From IMG/VR virus record IMGVR_UViG_3300028030_000010, positions 1 to 64,000 of that record: DNA of 64,000 nt; one strand, written 5' to 3'. Below the pieces are notes generated by a model, which was not told the DNA's origin, did not search any database, and was given only the letters and a program-made list of their open reading frames with translations. This DNA is from a virus. This document shows positions 59,326 to 64,000 of this stretch, piece by piece; position 1 is the stretch's first letter, and every line of letters starts with the position of its first letter. Position numbers and translations under genes: made by a program.

Positions 59326-62300
59326 CTATTGTTCGTTAAATATAAGTTTTACTCCTGTATTATACAATACATCAGGGGTTATTCGTAATACAACTTGCTT
59401 ATTAGATGCATCTATGTAATAATGGTTATTATATCCCGAATTAGAACTATCAGTTCTGTAAATTTTGAAACCATCTCCTAAAACGGATGCAACAGGATAG
59501 TGTTTGTTTTTTGTTACAGCTTTAGCTTTTACTTCAAAAGGCTCTATTTTGTAATTAGTGATATATACACCTTTATCAAAATAATTTTCAGCACCTATTA
59601 TCAACTCTAAGTCATTAACTCCAATAGGTGAGCCATTAGCATCATACAAATCAAGCTTTGTTCCGTCCGCTTTTCTAATAGCATTTTTTAACTGTTCTAA
59701 TTCTATTTTAAAATCTATAGGATTACCTAATCCAGAAGAACTCACCGTAACAGGTAATTCTTTTGTATCTGGATTTACATAAATTTTATTATAAAAATTA
59801 TGGTTTTGTTTTAATTCATCCACTTCTTCTTTCGTAAATGCATTTGCCAATAACTCTCCCAATGAGTCGTCATATAAGCCATCTATTACCCCATACTTAT
59901 AAATTAAAGTCTTTTTAAATCTAAAACCTGTTTTTATTTTGTTTGCAGTATAAGCAACAATTGCTCCCTCTAAGTCCACAGCTAAACTAATGCTTCCAGG
60001 AATAAAATCTTCACCAGGGTTAGCAGCTTCAATACATACAGGTGAAGCGATAGAACCAGGGCTATCAAGAGGAGCACCGCTTTTACTTACACCTTGTTGA
60101 CCTAAATTAAATTGTGAGCTGTCAATCGAAATGTCTAAATCAACAAAATCAAAATCTAAATTTAACTGTTGAGTAGCCATAGTTAGAGGATTTGGGAAAA
60201 AACTAGTTAAAGGAATACTTACTGAAGGTTGCCCAACAGATGAATTTGGCTTAGAAGTTAATGATTTTGCTAACGCTCCAAATTTCAATTCATATATAAA
60301 GCTGAAATCAAAATTATCTACATTTGTATCGATTTTTTTATTGCTTATGTTATCTAATTTTGTATCCACTTTTATCTTTAATTTATTTACTTTAATGTAA
60401 TATTCTTGTTTATCATCGTTATTATCAACCGAAGCCGTTAAACCTGTAGTGGTATAAAATGCTTTGTTTTCTAGATCAATAAAAGATATATCTGTTTCTT
60501 CATATAAAGTAGCAATATAACCTTTTTCTTTTTTATAAAACACCGGCAAATCATTTATATCTACAGTTATATCTAAGTCAGTTATATCGGGAACTAAGTA
60601 ATAAAATCCTACTACATCTGAAGACAACCCTTCCTGTTGAGTTTTTGAATCAACAGGTTTGTCCCCACTATTTCCTGGAACATAAATAAAAGTCCAAAAA
60701 GCATTATTTTTCAAAAACTCATTATCACATTTAACATTATCTCTGGTACCAATGTTGCTGTTATCGAACAAATCAAAAGCATATCTCATGTCAATACCTT
60801 TGTCAACAAGGGAACCATCGCTAGTAAACACCTTTCTAAAACTAGATATGTCAATTGACTTAGATGCATCAAAGTTTCTATCCATAAAAGTGTATTCTTT
60901 GTCAGAATAATAATCATCTATAGCTGATTGTAATTGACTTATCGCATCATCTAGAATTATGTTTTTTAATATAAATTCATCACTAATGCTGATAGACATA
61001 GAATTGAGGATCTCACTATTCCCGCAATTAGAAAATTTTATTATTGTTTCAGAAAGCAAAACATTGTGTATTTTTTTTATTTCATCCAAAATATTTGAGC
61101 TAGATGTTGCACTACAAGGATTGTGTTCAGTTATAGTAGCTATCATATCATTTGATAAATTTTTAATTTCTACAGCTTCTATAATTTGAGAGATATCTAC
61201 ATAAATAGGCCTATCTTTTATTCCTTTTAAAAGACTTAAAGTTATTATAACAGACGCTAAATCTTTAGAAATCATACAATCATTACACACATAATATCTC
61301 TTTGTTAAAGAACCTAATATTTTTTGATAAATAAATAGAAATTCTTTATTATTAACAGCTCTATTTGAAGAAAATACAGAATATTGTTCTATGTCATTTT
61401 TTAATCCTTTTAATTTCACAGCAATATCTTCAAATAAATTTACAATAGGTTCTATGTTTTGGATGCACTTACCAGCATACACAGGAAAAGACATCATATA
61501 TTCTCTCTTTTCTCTATTACTTACCATAAACATTGGAGAAAATAATGTAAGTTGTGATTCTAAATCCATATAAACAGGGATAATTAAATTGTATTGATAA
61601 TTAGTTTTAAACGTATAATAAAAATTAGGTGAATTCAACAAAAATATTTCTTTAAGGCGAACATATGTTGGAATTGTTAAATAATATTTTGCATTTATTT
61701 TAGTTGGAGCAAACAAAGACGGGGAAAGCAAAATAAATTGATTAATAGATACAGGTTGAGATTTTTTAATGTTTATGATGTTCTGTAAAAAATCTATAGT
61801 TGGATATTCAATCAAATTAACAAGTTTACATATTTTTTCAAAAACCCTACCAAATGAGTCTTTTTTGAAATCTATGATAATTCCAGCAACATTTGCTATT
61901 TGCAAAAATTCCTCTTTCTCGGCAGGAGATAAAATTTTGTGAAAATAATTTTTTGCTAACAAAGCAGCATCTAGCTCTTGATTAGTTACGTTAGTAGTTA
62001 TAAGCTTTTTAAATGCATAATGATTAACTACAGATTTAGTGCTACCATAAAAAGATTCAGAATAACCATATTCTGATTCAATCATTAAATCATTTTTTAA
62101 ATAAGCATTTAGATCACACAATGTTTTGTAAAGTTTTTCAAAATCATCAAAATTTGATAAATCTAAGCTATTTATTTTTAGTATTCTATTTTTTACAATC
62201 GTTTCAACTTCTTTAATCGTGAGCACAGAATTGTCAGTTATTTCACTTTCTCTATTTATTGTAATAGAAGTTGCATTTTTTTCTGTTAAAGAAATAAACT

Positions 62301-63105
62301 CGTTTCCTTTTTTAACCAAAGATGCTTTGTTGATAGGAGAATTTAAAGATGGATTTTTGATTTTCAATTTTACGCTTTCTGTTTTTAACGGCAAATAATC
62401 TTTTAAGCTTAATACAGTAGACACCAATTTTTCTTTATTAAAATCATTTTGATATTCTTCCAACATAAGATCATCAAAAGTTAGCTCTTGCAAATATAAA
62501 GCTTTAATTTCATCTTTTGAGATGCTTAAAACATAACTTTTGTTTTTATTTATAAAAAAGGTTGATAGCTCTTCTATATTTATTAGACCATTTACTGATG
62601 TGTTTATCGTTGTGTTTTTTACATCAAGTTCATCTATAACGACATCACTTCCTTTCTCAAAACCAATCTTGCTTGCTTCTTCTTTTGTCAACAAGTTGGT
62701 ATTAGGGATGCTTGCTTTATCTAAAACAATAGAGAAAAAATGTTTATATTTAATATATTTATTGTCTTCTAACCATTGTTTTATCTCCTGAAAAGATAAA
62801 GGAGTATATTCAGTTGTTTCTGCATTTTGTAGTTTGTTAATATTATCGAAAACAAATTCAACATGTTCGAAATTAAAAATTTCACATATAATAGCGTTAT
62901 TGATTTTTCTTACTTTAAAATAACCAGAAACTCCATTAGAGTTTATGTTTTTTTTATCTAAGGCATCAAAATTTGTATTTATGTTTTCTGATATTTCAAT
63001 ACTTAAATTAAGCAAGAAATTGTTGTTATAAAACAAGTTTTCAAAAGGAGCATTTATAGAATGAAAACTAACAGTATCCTCATACTTTAGAGGAGTTCTT
63101 AACAT
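59326..63105 (-). CDS. Large hypothetical (probably structural) protein
   Basis: Likely start MLRTPL at 63105 (AAAAGGA RBS, TGTTAAAAT at 63126-63134); beta-rich C-terminal half. Confidence 0.65.
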   Translation of the reverse strand: MLRTPLKYEDTVSFHSINAPFENLFYNNNFLLNLSIEISENINTNFDALDKKNINSNGVSGYFKVRKINNAIICEIFNFEHVEFVFDNINKLQNAETTEYTPLSFQEIKQWLEDNKYIKYKHFFSIVLDKASIPNTNLLTKEEASKIGFEKGSDVVIDELDVKNTTINTSVNGLINIEELSTFFINKNKSYVLSISKDEIKALYLQELTFDDLMLEEYQNDFNKEKLVSTVLSLKDYLPLKTESVKLKIKNPSLNSPINKASLVKKGNEFISLTEKNATSITINRESEITDNSVLTIKEVETIVKNRILKINSLDLSNFDDFEKLYKTLCDLNAYLKNDLMIESEYGYSESFYGSTKSVVNHYAFKKLITTNVTNQELDAALLAKNYFHKILSPAEKEEFLQIANVAGIIIDFKKDSFGRVFEKICKLVNLIEYPTIDFLQNIINIKKSQPVSINQFILLSPSLFAPTKINAKYYLTIPTYVRLKEIFLLNSPNFYYTFKTNYQYNLIIPVYMDLESQLTLFSPMFMVSNREKREYMMSFPVYAGKCIQNIEPIVNLFEDIAVKLKGLKNDIEQYSVFSSNRAVNNKEFLFIYQKILGSLTKRYYVCNDCMISKDLASVIITLSLLKGIKDRPIYVDISQIIEAVEIKNLSNDMIATITEHNPCSATSSSNILDEIKKIHNVLLSETIIKFSNCGNSEILNSMSISISDEFILKNIILDDAISQLQSAIDDYYSDKEYTFMDRNFDASKSIDISSFRKVFTSDGSLVDKGIDMRYAFDLFDNSNIGTRDNVKCDNEFLKNNAFWTFIYVPGNSGDKPVDSKTQQEGLSSDVVGFYYLVPDITDLDITVDINDLPVFYKKEKGYIATLYEETDISFIDLENKAFYTTTGLTASVDNNDDKQEYYIKVNKLKIKVDTKLDNISNKKIDTNVDNFDFSFIYELKFGALAKSLTSKPNSSVGQPSVSIPLTSFFPNPLTMATQQLNLDFDFVDLDISIDSSQFNLGQQGVSKSGAPLDSPGSIASPVCIEAANPGEDFIPGSISLAVDLEGAIVAYTANKIKTGFRFKKTLIYKYGVIDGLYDDSLGELLANAFTKEEVDELKQNHNFYNKIYVNPDTKELPVTVSSSGLGNPIDFKIELEQLKNAIRKADGTKLDLYDANGSPIGVNDLELIIGAENYFDKGVYITNYKIEPFEVKAKAVTKNKHYPVASVLGDGFKIYRTDSSNSGYNNHYYIDASNKQVVLRITPDVLYNTGVKLIFNEQ

Positions 63106-63177
63106 AAAGGATCCTTTTTTGTCTAATTTTAACATATTTGAATGTTTTTGATATAATTTACAAAAAAAAGAGAGCGC

Positions 63178-64000
63178 ATGTATACAATAAGTCAAATAAT
63201 AGATTTGTACAAAAGCATTGATCCTTTCGTTATAAAAGAAACAGAAAAAAAAGTAAAAGAAGAATTATTTAATGATATAGAAGAAATTTCATCACTAAAT
63301 GAACAAGAAATAGATTTTATAATTAGACCTGTAGTAGCTTCTCTTTTAATGTCAGAAATAACAAAAAACAATATTCAAAGCATTAGTTCTATTAATGGAA
63401 TAATAGAGAGCAAACTGTCAGATAATGACAAATATTTGGCTCTAAAAAAATATGCTATTAACTTAGGGTTGACTCCCGTATCAAGAACATGGCAATCTTT
63501 GCTTAAAGAAATTGTTTACTTTATAAAAAACAATTGGAGCTCATTAAAAACGCCTATAATAAACGAAATATTTAATGCCAGTGAAGTCCCAATTTATAAA
63601 ATATATATCGCAGATTCAAACTCTAATGAAATGATTAGAAACAAATTACCTTTAACGAGATTTCCAAGTAATCTTTTAAATAATTTCACAAAAGGGTCTA
63701 ACAATAGAAGTTCTCTTTTAAATAATGCATATTCTAGAAAGGATGTAGAAGAGTTTTTGTTAGCAAAAAATGCTACCACTGTGTCTTTACCAAATTTTAT
63801 AGATGTTTATATGTTATTTGATGTGGTTAATAAAACAATCAAAGTAAAAAAAACAAACAATTTTTACCTTTTGCCAGAAGATATGTATATAAACGTAAAA
63901 CACAAACAAAAACAAATTGGAATACAAAATCAAGATAATGATTTTTTTTATGGCATTACAAATAGACCTGTCAATATTTATGTAGTTGACGGAGAAGAAG
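63178..64000 (+). CDS. Unannotated ORF running off the window end (hypothetical, possibly baseplate wedge)
   Basis: ATG 63178, open to 64000 (MYTISQIIDLYKSIDPF...); promoter TGATATAAT 63149-63157. Confidence 0.7.
   Translation, partial: MYTISQIIDLYKSIDPFVIKETEKKVKEELFNDIEEISSLNEQEIDFIIRPVVASLLMSEITKNNIQSISSINGIIESKLSDNDKYLALKKYAINLGLTPVSRTWQSLLKEIVYFIKNNWSSLKTPIINEIFNASEVPIYKIYIADSNSNEMIRNKLPLTRFPSNLLNNFTKGSNNRSSLLNNAYSRKDVEEFLLAKNATTVSLPNFIDVYMLFDVVNKTIKVKKTNNFYLLPEDMYINVKHKQKQIGIQNQDNDFFYGITNRPVNIYVVDGEE

Larger units (their letters stand above)
1..64000. mobile_element. Large myovirus-like (jumbo) bacteriophage genome segment, structural/late region
   Basis: Terminase, portal, capsid, sheath, tube, tape measure, baseplate, holin/endolysin and a phage-type multi-subunit RNAP; no cellular housekeeping genes; uniform low GC. 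Confidence 0.95.

Noticed and set aside
63106-63195. ORF-track upstream start for the 1289-aa protein (similarly 18452 and 19071)
   Set aside because: Downstream ATGs (63105, 18410, 19017) have proper RBSs, and the extensions overlap promoters or neighbouring genes
241-63779. Many short antisense ORFs in the track (e.g. 241..621, 27314..27709, 40168..40596, 41341..41769, 63594..63779)
   Set aside because: They lie opposite longer, RBS-preceded genes and have the Ser/Phe/Leu-rich composition of shadow frames
1-64000. Stop-codon reassignment (alternative genetic code)
   Set aside because: Standard code gives long, tightly packed ORFs, with TAG and TGA both used as genuine stops

Overview
The whole 64 kb window is AT-rich, densely coding (standard code 11) DNA from the virion-morphogenesis region of a large contractile-tailed bacteriophage (probably a jumbo phage); no cellular housekeeping genes, tRNAs or CRISPR arrays are visible. 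Recognisable modules: terminase large subunit, capsid/decoration genes, portal, neck, tail sheath, tube, tail chaperone with a -1 programmed frameshift, tape measure, baseplate genes, GH108 endolysin and 3-TM holin. The phage carries its own transcription machinery: a multi-subunit RNA polymerase in an unusual layout (beta fused to the N-terminal half of beta-prime, with the C-terminal half of beta-prime encoded 25 kb away on the other strand), a sigma70-family factor and an HU-like protein. Extended -10 promoters (TGnTATAAT, no clear -35) and AAAAGGA ribosome-binding sites suggest a Campylobacterota-like host (inference). Most notable: (1) a pervasive [LIMF]-x-K-x-A-[SAE] peptide motif in the capsid N-terminus and about a dozen otherwise unrelated head/internal proteins, many with glycine-rich membrane segments (candidate maturation-cleavage or packaging code for an ejected protein cargo); (2) a complete histidine kinase + receiver pair inside the holin operon; (3) the fused/split RNAP with a degenerate amidase-fold gene in its operon; (4) a structured RNA locus with a hydrophobic 36-aa ORF resembling a type I toxin-antitoxin module; plus several smaller RNA/regulatory features. 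All functional calls come from motif recognition by eye, not from database searches.
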